From Leptonemataceae bacterium (GTDB taxonomy: Bacteria > Spirochaetota > Leptospiria > Leptospirales > Leptonemataceae), in NCBI GenBank assembly GCA_965227295.1, contig OZ245742.1, positions 960,001 to 1,024,000 on the forward strand: 64,000 nucleotides of DNA, written 5' to 3'. Both the position numbers and the translations under genes were made by a program. The notes beneath the pieces are model-generated. The model was not told where the DNA came from, ran no database searches, and saw only the letters and a list, made by a program, of their open reading frames with translations. Within the stretch, counting starts at the first letter, position 1; each line of letters starts with the position of its first letter. Below, in pieces: positions 30,200 to 39,953 of this stretch.

Positions 30200-31174
30200 A
30201 TGAACGATCGCGACTACTGGAAACGTTACTACGACAACGACACCGTCCGGCGCAGCGAAGCGCTGCGCAGTGAACACCGCGTCCCATCCGGCGACGTGAG
30301 TTTGCATGTGGATGTCTATCGCCAGCCGGACGATACGGCGCCGCTGATCCTGGTGAATCACGGCGGCGGCGGATACTGCCGCATCTTCGTACACGTGGCG
30401 CTGCGTTTGTTTGAACGCGGCTATACGGTGGTCCTGCCCGACCAACGCGGCCAGGGCTATTCCGAAGGGGATCGCGGAGACTTCGTCGCCGGAGATTTCG
30501 TGGCGAACGTCATCGACGCCGCGCACTGGTGCCGCGCGGAATTTCCCCGCGCGCGTTCTTTTGCCATGGCCGGCGGCAGCGTGGGCGGCGCACTCACGTA
30601 TGCCGCGGGGGCCGCCGGGGCTCCCGTGGACGCGCTGATCTGCCACAATCTCTACGACTTCGGCACGGCCCGGGACGCCCTCGCCGTTTCCCGCCTGGCG
30701 TTCCTCAATCGCATTCCGGGCGCGGCGCGCATCGCGACGGCAATCCTGCGCTTCACGGCGAGGTTGTTCCCGCGCTTGCGCATACCGTTTCACTGGTTGG
30801 GTTCGTTCGAAACGATGGTGGACGAACGCGACAGCGGCTTCTTCGAAACGTGGCGCGAGGACCCCGCACCGATTCGTCGCGTAACGTTGCGCTACATCGC
30901 TTCGATGTCCGCGACTCCGCCGGCCGTCCCCTTCGCGGACAACCGAATACCGGTGCTGGTGCTCAATCCCGTTCGCGATCGCATGACGCATCCGGCCGTC
31001 ACTCGCCGCAACTTCGAACGTCTGGGCGGACCGAAGCAGTACGCCGAACTTCCGTTCGGCCACTGGTCGCTGAGTCCGGCCTTCGCCGATGAGTGGTGCG
31101 AGCTGGTGGACAAATTTCTGCGCGACACGAACATGCAGCGTGCCGGAACGAAAGCTCCCCGCGTACAACTTTGA
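30200..31174 (+). CDS. Alpha/beta hydrolase (lysophospholipase/S33-like)
   Basis: LVNHGGGG, PDQRGQGYSEGDRG, nucleophile elbow GGSVGG, late D and GH. Confidence 0.85.
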   Translation: MNDRDYWKRYYDNDTVRRSEALRSEHRVPSGDVSLHVDVYRQPDDTAPLILVNHGGGGYCRIFVHVALRLFERGYTVVLPDQRGQGYSEGDRGDFVAGDFVANVIDAAHWCRAEFPRARSFAMAGGSVGGALTYAAGAAGAPVDALICHNLYDFGTARDALAVSRLAFLNRIPGAARIATAILRFTARLFPRLRIPFHWLGSFETMVDERDSGFFETWREDPAPIRRVTLRYIASMSATPPAVPFADNRIPVLVLNPVRDRMTHPAVTRRNFERLGGPKQYAELPFGHWSLSPAFADEWCELVDKFLRDTNMQRAGTKAPRVQL

Positions 31175-31835
31175 CCGCCTCGCCGGAATCTACGACGTGC
31201 TGCTGCAAATCACGTCCGGCCGGCTCATCGCACGCAGTCGCCGGGCGCTGCTGTCGCATCTTTCACCTGGCCGGCATGCGCTCATTGCCGGCGAAGGTAC
31301 CGGCGAATTCCTGGCCAACCTTGCCGTATTGGGAATCTTTCAACACATTACCTGCGTGGATCTTTCACGCAAGATGCTGCAGCGCGCGGAGCGGCGGCTC
31401 AGGAAATTGCGGAAGATCCGTGGAAAAAACGCGCAGAATGCAACGGCTTCCTTCGTCGAATTCGTTCAGATGGATTTGCGCCGGGAAGTTCCCGTCGCGC
31501 CGGGGTCCGTGGACCTCGTCGTAACGAACTATTTTCTCGACGTCTTTCCAGAGGATGAACTCGAAGTTGTGATGAATCGCCTGGACAACTCGCTCGCCGC
31601 CGGCGGAGTGTGGTACTTCAGCGACTTCGTCAACCGGCCGCGCTGGAAATTTCTGAGACTCATCTTCGCTGTCGGCGTACGTATGTTGTATTTCGTCTTC
31701 GGATGGACGACGGGCATGGTGAACACCCGCCTTCCGGAGTACGATGACCACTTCGCACGCCTGGGCTATACCCTGGAAGCGGAGCGCAGCCTCTTCGGAG
31801 GTCTGCTGGCGTGCCGGCTTTATCGAAAGCCGTAA
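31140..31835 (+). CDS. Class I SAM-dependent methyltransferase
   Basis: FDRLAGIYD, LIAGEGTG, CVDLSRKML, DLVVTNYFLDVF; GTG start inferred, overlapping the hydrolase 3' end. Confidence 0.82.
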   Translation: MPERKLPAYNFDRLAGIYDVLLQITSGRLIARSRRALLSHLSPGRHALIAGEGTGEFLANLAVLGIFQHITCVDLSRKMLQRAERRLRKLRKIRGKNAQNATASFVEFVQMDLRREVPVAPGSVDLVVTNYFLDVFPEDELEVVMNRLDNSLAAGGVWYFSDFVNRPRWKFLRLIFAVGVRMLYFVFGWTTGMVNTRLPEYDDHFARLGYTLEAERSLFGGLLACRLYRKP

Positions 31836-31895
31836 ACATTTTGATTGTAATCGTATGCAATACGTTGTATCTGACCTGGACAGGGTAACACCCGC

Positions 31896-32237
31896 GTGCT
31901 GACCGAAGTACTGAAGAAAGACGACTACGCCATCCTGCTTATCCAGGAAGATCAGCTGAACTTCACGGCCGGTCCCGGCCTGCGCCAGAGCATCGCCGGA
32001 CTCACCGAAGACGGCTTCGCCAATCTCATCCTCGATCTCGGCGAAGTACGCCACGCGGATTCCTCCGGACTCAGCGGCATCGTCGCCGCGGATCGCATTT
32101 GCAAGAACATGGGCGGTCAGTTGGTCCTCGCCCGGGTCAATCGACAGGTGCAGAAGATCATCGCCCTGTCACGCCTGGATTCCGTCCTGTGCATGAAGGA
32201 CAGCCTGGAAGAGGCCGTCAGCGTCGTCACCCCGTAG
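31896..32237 (+). CDS. STAS-domain anti-sigma-factor antagonist
   Basis: LILDLGEVRHADSSGL (phosphoacceptor Ser), GGQLVL. Confidence 0.9.
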   Translation: MLTEVLKKDDYAILLIQEDQLNFTAGPGLRQSIAGLTEDGFANLILDLGEVRHADSSGLSGIVAADRICKNMGGQLVLARVNRQVQKIIALSRLDSVLCMKDSLEEAVSVVTP

Positions 32238-32240
32238 GCC

Positions 32241-33512
32241 TCAGCTCTTCGCGCGGAAGGCCGCCGCTTCCAGATACACCGGTCGACGGTCCATCATCAA
32301 TCCTGAACCCATCAACGCTAACGTTGGATGAGAAAACGTTAGCCGGTGAACCTCTCCCGTTTGCACCGACCGGCCGCGATGCTCCGGACCGGAACTCGCC
32401 ACTTCCACGTGACATTCGCGCAGGGCCTCGCGCATTTCCTGCCAGCCTTCCAGGCCTTGTTCGTGCGAAAGATCCAGCGCTTCCGGCGGCGGCGGCGCTT
32501 CCAGCGGCGGACGAAAGCTATGTTCCAGGTCTGCCGGCGTGTAATCGAAGAGCATCGGGCGTCCGCGTAGATCGTTCAACGGTCGCCCGTCGGGCAGACA
32601 GCGAATGGCAAGGCCCCGGCGCTCGTCGAAAATTCGAAAGTACTCCCGGGCCCCGGGTACCTCGCTGCGAAAATTCCGACGCCAGTCTTTTTCGATCCCG
32701 TGATCGTGAAGGGCCAGGGTGAGATGTTCCCTCGTGGGATAAATGCCGAGATTCGAAAGCCCCGTGGCACGATCCCTGGAAAAGAAGGCGGTAACACCGT
32801 CAAGCGCGACCGACGGGGTGAGTTCGTCGTCAACGTTCATGCCGAGCGGAACGCTCCGCCCCCCGGCGTAACGCATAAGATCCATGGTTTCGTTCAGGCG
32901 CCCGCTCAGCACCAGGGATTCGAAGATGGTCTCCCAGGCATGGTGCTGGAATTCCTCGCGCCGCACCGGATCGTTCATTGCTTTTTTGAGAAAGTTAAGG
33001 AGCAGCAGGTCGGGCACGCGCCCCACGGTGTGAAAACGTTCCGCGTCTCTGTCCCAACGTCCGGCCTCCACGCAGTAGACGTCCAGCAGTCGCTCCGCCC
33101 GGGCCGGCAGTACCAGCGGATGCAACACCATGCGATTCTGCGCCCCGCCGAGAAAGGCCGTCCCCGCGGGAATCAACACCGGCCGATCCGGAGCGCGAGC
33201 GAGAATGTGACCGATTTCCAGTTCGCCTCCGGTTTCACGAACGTCCAGACTCCGCGGCGAGGCGGGAGCCGCGGAGAGTCCGGTCTCCGCGCTGAGAGTT
33301 TCCACGGCGCCGCCGTCCGGCGAAAGTTGCGCCGTAAGCTCCGGCCGGGATGAAGCAGGTTCCAGAGAGTCAAGCATCCGATCGGCGAGTTGCCCGAGCC
33401 GTAGTCCGTCACCGTCCCGGGCAACTCGGGACGGTTGCAGCAGGCTGCCGTCCTCGGGCCCGGCCTTGCGCCAGTAGATGAGCGGGAAACTGCTTTTCTT
33501 CGGTCTGCTCAT
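32241..33512 (-). CDS. ARPP-1/DUF6569-like domain protein
   Basis: PVLIPAGTAFLGGAQNRMV...LDVYCVEAGRW...QHHAW resembles the G-x3-G(G/A)-x-QNR...CVE-x-GRW signature. Confidence 0.62.
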   Translation of the reverse strand: MSRPKKSSFPLIYWRKAGPEDGSLLQPSRVARDGDGLRLGQLADRMLDSLEPASSRPELTAQLSPDGGAVETLSAETGLSAAPASPRSLDVRETGGELEIGHILARAPDRPVLIPAGTAFLGGAQNRMVLHPLVLPARAERLLDVYCVEAGRWDRDAERFHTVGRVPDLLLLNFLKKAMNDPVRREEFQHHAWETIFESLVLSGRLNETMDLMRYAGGRSVPLGMNVDDELTPSVALDGVTAFFSRDRATGLSNLGIYPTREHLTLALHDHGIEKDWRRNFRSEVPGAREYFRIFDERRGLAIRCLPDGRPLNDLRGRPMLFDYTPADLEHSFRPPLEAPPPPEALDLSHEQGLEGWQEMREALRECHVEVASSGPEHRGRSVQTGEVHRLTFSHPTLALMGSGLMMDRRPVYLEAAAFRAKS

Positions 33513-33629
33513 GCTGTTTAGATTTCAGCACTCTTCCTGTACCTGTCAAGTAATCGCGTAGTGCGAATTCCTGCTTGATGTTTCTCTCTTTCAATGCATG
33601 GTACAGTCTTTTGACCGGAGACTCACCGA

Positions 33630-34295
33630 ATGGAAAGCGCGGACATCCCCCCCGACATGCAGGAAATGTTTGAACGCGCCGAGAAGTACGTCTCGGAGCA
33701 CTTCTCCACGATGAAGGTCAACCCGGCCCACGGATCGCTGACCATCGGCGGGGAACGTTATATCCTCATCCGCGCGGAGTCCATGTCCGTCGAGTTCCTG
33801 CGCTTCATTGAAGGTTTGTACCCGCACCTCTCCGAAGAAGAACGTTTTCGCGCGGCGTCTTCGATCCTCTTCGACATTGCCCACTCCATCGGCCGGGCCG
33901 ACGCGAGGCACTTTCACGCAAAGACCGGCGTAGAAGATCTCATGGAAAAGATGTCTACGGGGCCGGTGCACTTCGCCTATTCGGGCTGGGCCTTCGTGAA
34001 GCTCCTGCCTTCGTCGAAACCCACGCCGGATCGTTTTTTTCAACTCTGCTATGAACATCCGAATTCCTTCGAGAGCGACGCGTGGCTCGCCTCGGGACGC
34101 AAGAGCGAACAGCCGGTGTGTCACATGAATGCCGGCTATTCCTCGGGTTGGTGCGCCGAGTCGGCCGGCATGGAGCTCACGGCCCGTGAAGTTTTGTGCC
34201 GCGCCCGCGGAGATGAGGCCTGCCGCTTCGTTATGGCACATCCGTCGCGGATAGAAGAAGCGGTGGACGAAATCCTGGAACACAACGGCGGCTGA
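33630..34295 (+). CDS. Stand-alone XylR-N/V4R small-molecule-binding domain protein
   Basis: GERYILIRAES, GPVHFAYSGWA, HPNSFESD, PVCHMNAGYSSGWC...EVLCRARGDEACRF. Confidence 0.85.
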   Translation: MESADIPPDMQEMFERAEKYVSEHFSTMKVNPAHGSLTIGGERYILIRAESMSVEFLRFIEGLYPHLSEEERFRAASSILFDIAHSIGRADARHFHAKTGVEDLMEKMSTGPVHFAYSGWAFVKLLPSSKPTPDRFFQLCYEHPNSFESDAWLASGRKSEQPVCHMNAGYSSGWCAESAGMELTAREVLCRARGDEACRFVMAHPSRIEEAVDEILEHNGG

Positions 34296-34338
34296 ACTGC
34301 CGCCCGTTCTCCGGAATACACCCTCGCAGGAAACGTTC

Positions 34339-35724
34339 TTGGGTAACGACATCTACAAGTACATCGTCTCGCTGTTGGCCCTCAAGGTGCCCATGTTCGC
34401 GCGCTCGATCGTGGACGACGCCGTGCGCTCCATCGGCCGTACGCCGGATAACGTAACTCCCTGGGAAATGAAGTTACTCGTGGACCGGCGCATCGGCCCG
34501 GAACTGCGCAAGTATCTGCGAGCGGATACTTCCCTGGATTCGCTCGGTGCCGGCCTTCTGACCGTGGACCGGAGCGGCCTCGTGCAACGCATGAGCCCGG
34601 TCTTTCGCAAGCTTACCTCGACGCACGCCGGTCCCCAGGCGAGCGACGAAGATCGCCTGAACTGGGCGTTCCAGAACGGCCTGATCCTCCGTTGCGAGGA
34701 ATTCGAAATGCGAAACGAAGACGTGGTCATACGGGAGTACAGCGACGCCCCTTCCGGCTCAGTGTACAAGGTTACGATCAGTCCAACTTACATCGACGGC
34801 TTCGTGCGCAGCGTAACGTCGGTAATCCAGGACATCACGCTGTTGCATCGCCTGGAAAATCATCTAGGCAATCTGTATCCGTCCATTGAAGAACGCAACC
34901 GTACGCTCCAATACGAACTCATGCTGGCGTCGACGGTACAACAAGGGCTCATGCCGGAACGCCGCGTAAAGTGGCGGGACCTGCGCATTTTTGTGGAGTA
35001 CCTTCCGAAAGACAGCGTCGGCGGTGATTTTTACGACATCGTCCCGTTGCCGGTGGGTAATGAGGACCGTCCGGACGAACGCCTGGACGTACTCGTGGCG
35101 GACGTCACCGGCCACGGCCTGCCTTCGGCGCTCTTAACCGCTCTGGTAAAAACACGTTTCACCGAACGGGCCCACGGCGATCGCGAACTCAGTGAAATCA
35201 TCAGCGCCACGAACAACGATCTCATGGATTACACGCGCACCGAGTATTTCGTAACCGCCGTGTACGGGGCTCTGCGATCCGTAAGCAATGCGCGCGGGCC
35301 GACCACCAGCATGGAAAGCGCCGGCGCGGAAGGACTGGACGGCGCGGCGTATACGTTTGAGTATTGCAACGCCGGACACGTACGACCGTTTCTGTACCGT
35401 CGGCAATCAGGACGTTGTTTTGAATTGCGTGATTCTCTGGGCACGATGCTGGGTGTGCGCCGGTCGAACAGCAATGATTTCTGCAACGCTTCGTATACAC
35501 CGCTGTTCTCCGGCGATCTGTTGATTCTCTACACCGACGGCATCATCGACGTGTTGAACGATCAAGAAACCCTCTTCGGCTCACGCGGTCTGCACGGCGT
35601 CATTGAGCGCGAAGGCGGCGGCGGACCGGAGCATTTGCTGAACGCGATGATCGAAGAGAGCCGAAAGTTCTCGGCCGGCGAGATCGAAGACGATCGCCTG
35701 GCCCTCGTGCTGGAAGTCTCTTGA
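34339..35724 (+). CDS. SpoIIE/PP2C (RsbU-like) phosphatase with a PAS-like region
   Basis: VGGDFYD, VADVTGHGLPSA, NAGH, LYTDGI, DDR; TTG start. Confidence 0.88.
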   Translation: MGNDIYKYIVSLLALKVPMFARSIVDDAVRSIGRTPDNVTPWEMKLLVDRRIGPELRKYLRADTSLDSLGAGLLTVDRSGLVQRMSPVFRKLTSTHAGPQASDEDRLNWAFQNGLILRCEEFEMRNEDVVIREYSDAPSGSVYKVTISPTYIDGFVRSVTSVIQDITLLHRLENHLGNLYPSIEERNRTLQYELMLASTVQQGLMPERRVKWRDLRIFVEYLPKDSVGGDFYDIVPLPVGNEDRPDERLDVLVADVTGHGLPSALLTALVKTRFTERAHGDRELSEIISATNNDLMDYTRTEYFVTAVYGALRSVSNARGPTTSMESAGAEGLDGAAYTFEYCNAGHVRPFLYRRQSGRCFELRDSLGTMLGVRRSNSNDFCNASYTPLFSGDLLILYTDGIIDVLNDQETLFGSRGLHGVIEREGGGGPEHLLNAMIEESRKFSAGEIEDDRLALVLEVS

Positions 35725-35737
35725 AGACACAGTTTTT

Positions 35738-38176
35738 ATGAATGATTCTCCGCCCGTGAACGCATCCGGCTGGCCGATCTTCCTGTTAACGGACGAATGG
35801 GAGGATCGGGACGGTCGCTGCCTGCTCCGCTTCTACGGACGCAGCGCTCCGGATGCACCGCAACCGGGGCGTCCCGTACAAATCGTCGTCACGAACTTCC
35901 GGCCGGTCTTCTTCGTAAATCGCGGCTCCGAACTTCCCGATCTTTCCGTACGCTACGAACGCAAGGCCGTAGACCTGCGCAACTTTGACGACGAGGCCGT
36001 GGACGCCTTGTACTTCCAGGGCGAGCACGATCTCCGTCGCGCGCGGGAAGCTCTGTTCCAACAGGGATTGGTGACGTACGAAAGCGACGTGCACCCGTGC
36101 GAACGCTTTCGCATGGAGCGTTTTCTTTTCGGTGGCGTAGTGCTGGATCTGGACGGCGCCGAACTCGCCGACAACTCCGGAGACGGTCCGCTAATATTCC
36201 AGGACCCTAAGTTACGCGCGGGCGGACCGAATCTCGACGCGACGTTCACCACGGCGTCCCTGGACATCGAAACCGGCGTATCCTCGGGATTGCTTTACTC
36301 CATCGCCGTGCACGTACGGACACCGGAGCACGACGAACGCCGGGTCTTCATGCTCGACACGAACGCGCAACACCCGGGCGTCTTTCAAAAGTTACCGGCC
36401 GCCGAAAACACAAGCATGGAACTCGCGTACTATAAAGACGAACGCATGCTACTGAGAGCGTTCTTTGAGTTCTTTCGCGGCGCCGATCCGGACATCATCA
36501 TCGGCTGGAACGTGGACGGTTTCGACCTGGCCTTTCTCGCGAACAAGTGCCGCAGCCTGGGCGTGCCCTTTGCTCTGTCCCGTCACCATCGTCGGGAAGC
36601 GATCATGCGCAAGCGCGCGAACGGCAGCGAGATGGCTCTGATTCCCGGTCGCGTGGTGCTCGACGGACCCACGGCCTTGCGGGCAGCGTTTTACAACTTC
36701 TCGGACTTTCGCCTGGAGAGCGTGGCCCGGGAACTCCTCGGCCGCGGCAAACTCATTCAGGAAGATCGTAGTCGCCGCGGTAAGTGGGCGAAGATCGAAG
36801 AGATCGACCGGCAGTTCCGTGAAGATAAACCGGCGTTGGCTCGCTACAATCTGGAAGACTGCGTGCTCGTGAGTGAGATCTTCGCGAAGACCGGCCTGGT
36901 GCAACTCTGGAAATCGCGCACGAAAAGCTCGGGGATGTTGATGGACCAGATCGGCCGTTCGGTGGCGGCCTTTGATCATCAAATCCTGCCGCGCCTGCAT
37001 CGCAAAGGTTACGTGGCCATTGCGCAACAGGACGTGCAGTTCGATGCGCCGGCCCCCGGCGGCTACGTCATGGAACCGGCGAGCGGTCTGTACGAACACG
37101 TCGTCGTCCTGGACTTTCGCTCGCTGTATCCTTCCATTATCCGCACGTTCAAGATCGATCCGTACTCTCGTCTAAAACAGGACGTCGATCCCGTGGAACT
37201 GCCGGCCGGGGGGTACACCTTCTCTCGTACGGAACATCTATTGCCCGAGATCATCGGCGAGCTGCTCGAAACGCGGGCCGCCGCGAAGAAAAAAGGCGAC
37301 GAACACCTGAGCCAGGCCGTGAAGATTCTCATGAACTCGTTCTACGGAGTCATGGGTTCGCCGGGGTGCCGCTTTTATCATCCGGATTTACCGTCGGGGA
37401 TCACGCGAACGGGGCAATGGCTTTTGCTGGAGAGCCGCAAGTTTCTGGAGAACGAAGGTTACGAGGTCCTCTACGGCGATACGGATTCGCTGTTCGTTTT
37501 ATTGCGCGAAGAGGATGCCGGACGACACCACGAACGCGGCACGGAACTCGCCCGGGCTTTGAACGTTCGCTGGACGGAACGCCTGCGCAGTGAGTTTCGG
37601 TTGGAATCGTTTCTGGAGATGGAGTACGAGAAGTACTACCGGAAGTTCTTTTTGCCCCCGGCCCGCGGCGGCGGCGCGGCGAAGAAACGTTACGTCGGCC
37701 TGCTGTCTAAAGAGGGCGATGCGTCGGCGAAAGAAGAGCTGCACTTCGTCGGCATGGAGACGGTCCGCTCGGACTGGACCGATCTCGCCAAGAATTTCCA
37801 GCGCGGTCTCTACGAGCGCGTCTTTGCCGACGAGGAAGTGGACGATTGGATCAAGACTTTCGCCGCGGACGTGCGCTCCGGCCGTTACGACGACGACCTG
37901 GTGTATCGCAAACGCCTGCGCAAGCCGGTCCGCGAGTACGTAAAAAATATTCCCCAGCACGTCCGCGCGGCGAAAATGCTCGATGATCCCGGGGTGCGCA
38001 GCGTCCACTACCTCATGACGAAGTCCGGCCCGGTGCCGGTGCAACTCGAACCGCGGGACATCGATTACGATTACTATCTGGAACACCAGCTCAAGCCCAT
38101 TGCCGACACCCTCCTGGGATTCTTCGACACGAACTTTGACGGCATTGTCCGCGGCTCGCAATTGTCGCTGTTCTAG
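35738..38176 (+). CDS. polB: DNA polymerase II (family B)
   Basis: SLDIET exonuclease motif, IGWNV, DFRSLYPSII, KILMNSFYG, YGDTDS, KKRYVG, GMETVRSDWT, C-terminal clamp-binding QLSLF. Confidence 0.95.
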   Translation: MNDSPPVNASGWPIFLLTDEWEDRDGRCLLRFYGRSAPDAPQPGRPVQIVVTNFRPVFFVNRGSELPDLSVRYERKAVDLRNFDDEAVDALYFQGEHDLRRAREALFQQGLVTYESDVHPCERFRMERFLFGGVVLDLDGAELADNSGDGPLIFQDPKLRAGGPNLDATFTTASLDIETGVSSGLLYSIAVHVRTPEHDERRVFMLDTNAQHPGVFQKLPAAENTSMELAYYKDERMLLRAFFEFFRGADPDIIIGWNVDGFDLAFLANKCRSLGVPFALSRHHRREAIMRKRANGSEMALIPGRVVLDGPTALRAAFYNFSDFRLESVARELLGRGKLIQEDRSRRGKWAKIEEIDRQFREDKPALARYNLEDCVLVSEIFAKTGLVQLWKSRTKSSGMLMDQIGRSVAAFDHQILPRLHRKGYVAIAQQDVQFDAPAPGGYVMEPASGLYEHVVVLDFRSLYPSIIRTFKIDPYSRLKQDVDPVELPAGGYTFSRTEHLLPEIIGELLETRAAAKKKGDEHLSQAVKILMNSFYGVMGSPGCRFYHPDLPSGITRTGQWLLLESRKFLENEGYEVLYGDTDSLFVLLREEDAGRHHERGTELARALNVRWTERLRSEFRLESFLEMEYEKYYRKFFLPPARGGGAAKKRYVGLLSKEGDASAKEELHFVGMETVRSDWTDLAKNFQRGLYERVFADEEVDDWIKTFAADVRSGRYDDDLVYRKRLRKPVREYVKNIPQHVRAAKMLDDPGVRSVHYLMTKSGPVPVQLEPRDIDYDYYLEHQLKPIADTLLGFFDTNFDGIVRGSQLSLF

Positions 38177-38240
38177 CGGAAATTCTACTGGCCAGGCACA
38201 CGGCCGTGTGTTCGGATTGGCCTCTCATCCTGGAGACTGC

Positions 38241-38627
38241 ATGATCCCGAAATCATCGATCACATTTATCGGCCGCATATTACTGGCGCTTATCTTTTTC
38301 ATGTCCGGCACCGGCAAGATTTTCGACTTCGCGGGAACCGAAGCCTACATGGCCCAACACGGTATGACCATGACCTCCGTGCTCCTCACGGCCGCGATCG
38401 TCCTTGAGATCGGCGGGGCGGTCATGATCTTCCTCGGCTATTACACGCGCCTCGGTGCCCTGCTGCTGATCGTCTTTCTAATTCCGGCCACGTTCATCTT
38501 TCACACGAACTTCGAAGACAAGATCCAGATGATCATGTTCATGAAGAACCTCTCGATCATGGGTGGACTGTTGGTACTCCTCGCCCAGGGGCCGGGAAAC
38601 TTCAGCATCGACGGCCCGGAGATGTAG
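38241..38627 (+). CDS. DoxX family membrane protein
   Basis: GRILLALIF, GYYTRLGA, FH, FMKNLSIMGG; SD GGAG before ATG 38241. Confidence 0.9.
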   Translation: MIPKSSITFIGRILLALIFFMSGTGKIFDFAGTEAYMAQHGMTMTSVLLTAAIVLEIGGAVMIFLGYYTRLGALLLIVFLIPATFIFHTNFEDKIQMIMFMKNLSIMGGLLVLLAQGPGNFSIDGPEM

Positions 38628-38669
38628 CCGACGGCTTCAGCCGACGTATAGCCAGGTATTACGCATGCC

Positions 38670-39932
38670 GTGTCGCCGCGAAATGTCGCCTTCGCTATCG
38701 TATACAGGTTGAACGCCCCCAATTCCTCCGGCCCCGAAGTCGTCCGCACCGGCTCCATTCTCTTCACGTTGTGGCTGATCATGTTCGCCACGACCAGCCA
38801 GTTCATCATCGTCGGCCCCATCCTGCCGCGCATCGCCGAGCAACTGGACGCCCCGCTGGAATCCCTGGGTTCCCTGATCTCGGCCTACGCGATTTCACTC
38901 GCACTGTTTACGCTCATCACCGGCCCGCTCTCCGATCGCTTCGGCCGCTGGAGGATCCTCTTCGCCGGCACGGCACTCATGAGCGTAAGCCTCGCCCTGC
39001 ACGCCGTCGCGGACAATTTCTTAACTTTATTTTTGATGCGTTTACTGGCCGGAGCGGCGGGCGGCGTTCTGGGCGGTGCCGCCATCGCTTACGTCGGCGA
39101 CGTCTTCCCCTCGGAACGCCGGGGTTGGGCGGCGGGCTGGGTCATGAGCGGATTCGCCGCCGGACAGATCCTCGGCATCCCCATCGGCGCGATCACGGCG
39201 GAGCAATGGGGTTATCGCGCGCCGTTCTTGATTTTCGCCGCGGCCATCGGCATGGCGCTGCTGATGGTGCGCTTCGCATTACCGCACAGCACTAATATGC
39301 ATTCAGACAAGGTTACCATATATGGAGCGTTGCAGGGTTACGCCGCGCTCTTGAGCCGGCGGCGCACGGCGGCAGCGGCGGCGGTCTACGTGACGATTCT
39401 TTCCGGCATGGGTCTGCTGGTGCCGTACTTTCCGACGTTCCTGGAAAACGAGGCCGGTTTCACGGGCACCGGCGTGGCCCTGGTCTTCGCCCTGGGCGGC
39501 ATGGCGCACGTGATCGTCGGACCCCGCGCCGGAAAGTTGTCGGATCGCATCGGACGACGGCCGGTGATCGTCGTCGGTTCATTGGGCGCGGGCTTTTTCA
39601 TCTCGCTCACCCCCCTCGCGGTCTACGCCCCCCTCGCCGCTTATCCGATATTCGTGCTGACGCTCTCGTGTGTCGCATCTCGGGCGAGTGCAATGCAGGC
39701 GACTCTTACCGAAACGGCGCCGGAAGATCAGCGAGGCCGTTACATCAGCCTGTGTCTGGCGCTGGCACAACTGGGCTTCGGCACGGCCGCAGCGCTTTCG
39801 GGGCCGATCTACACGGACTTCGGCATGACCGGCAACGCCCTCAGCGCAGCTTCGACAGCACTTATCGTCGCCGTGCTGGTAAAGTTCTTCTTGCCGGAGA
39901 CTCTCCACCGGGTGATCCTGCAATCCAGCTAA
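38670..39932 (+). CDS. MFS transporter (DHA1-like)
   Basis: GPLSDRFGR and GKLSDRIGRR motif A, about 12 TM helices; start uncertain. Confidence 0.88.
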   Translation: MSPRNVAFAIVYRLNAPNSSGPEVVRTGSILFTLWLIMFATTSQFIIVGPILPRIAEQLDAPLESLGSLISAYAISLALFTLITGPLSDRFGRWRILFAGTALMSVSLALHAVADNFLTLFLMRLLAGAAGGVLGGAAIAYVGDVFPSERRGWAAGWVMSGFAAGQILGIPIGAITAEQWGYRAPFLIFAAAIGMALLMVRFALPHSTNMHSDKVTIYGALQGYAALLSRRRTAAAAAVYVTILSGMGLLVPYFPTFLENEAGFTGTGVALVFALGGMAHVIVGPRAGKLSDRIGRRPVIVVGSLGAGFFISLTPLAVYAPLAAYPIFVLTLSCVASRASAMQATLTETAPEDQRGRYISLCLALAQLGFGTAAALSGPIYTDFGMTGNALSAASTALIVAVLVKFFLPETLHRVILQSS

Positions 39933-39953
39933 TTCACCGGAGGAATACCGAAC

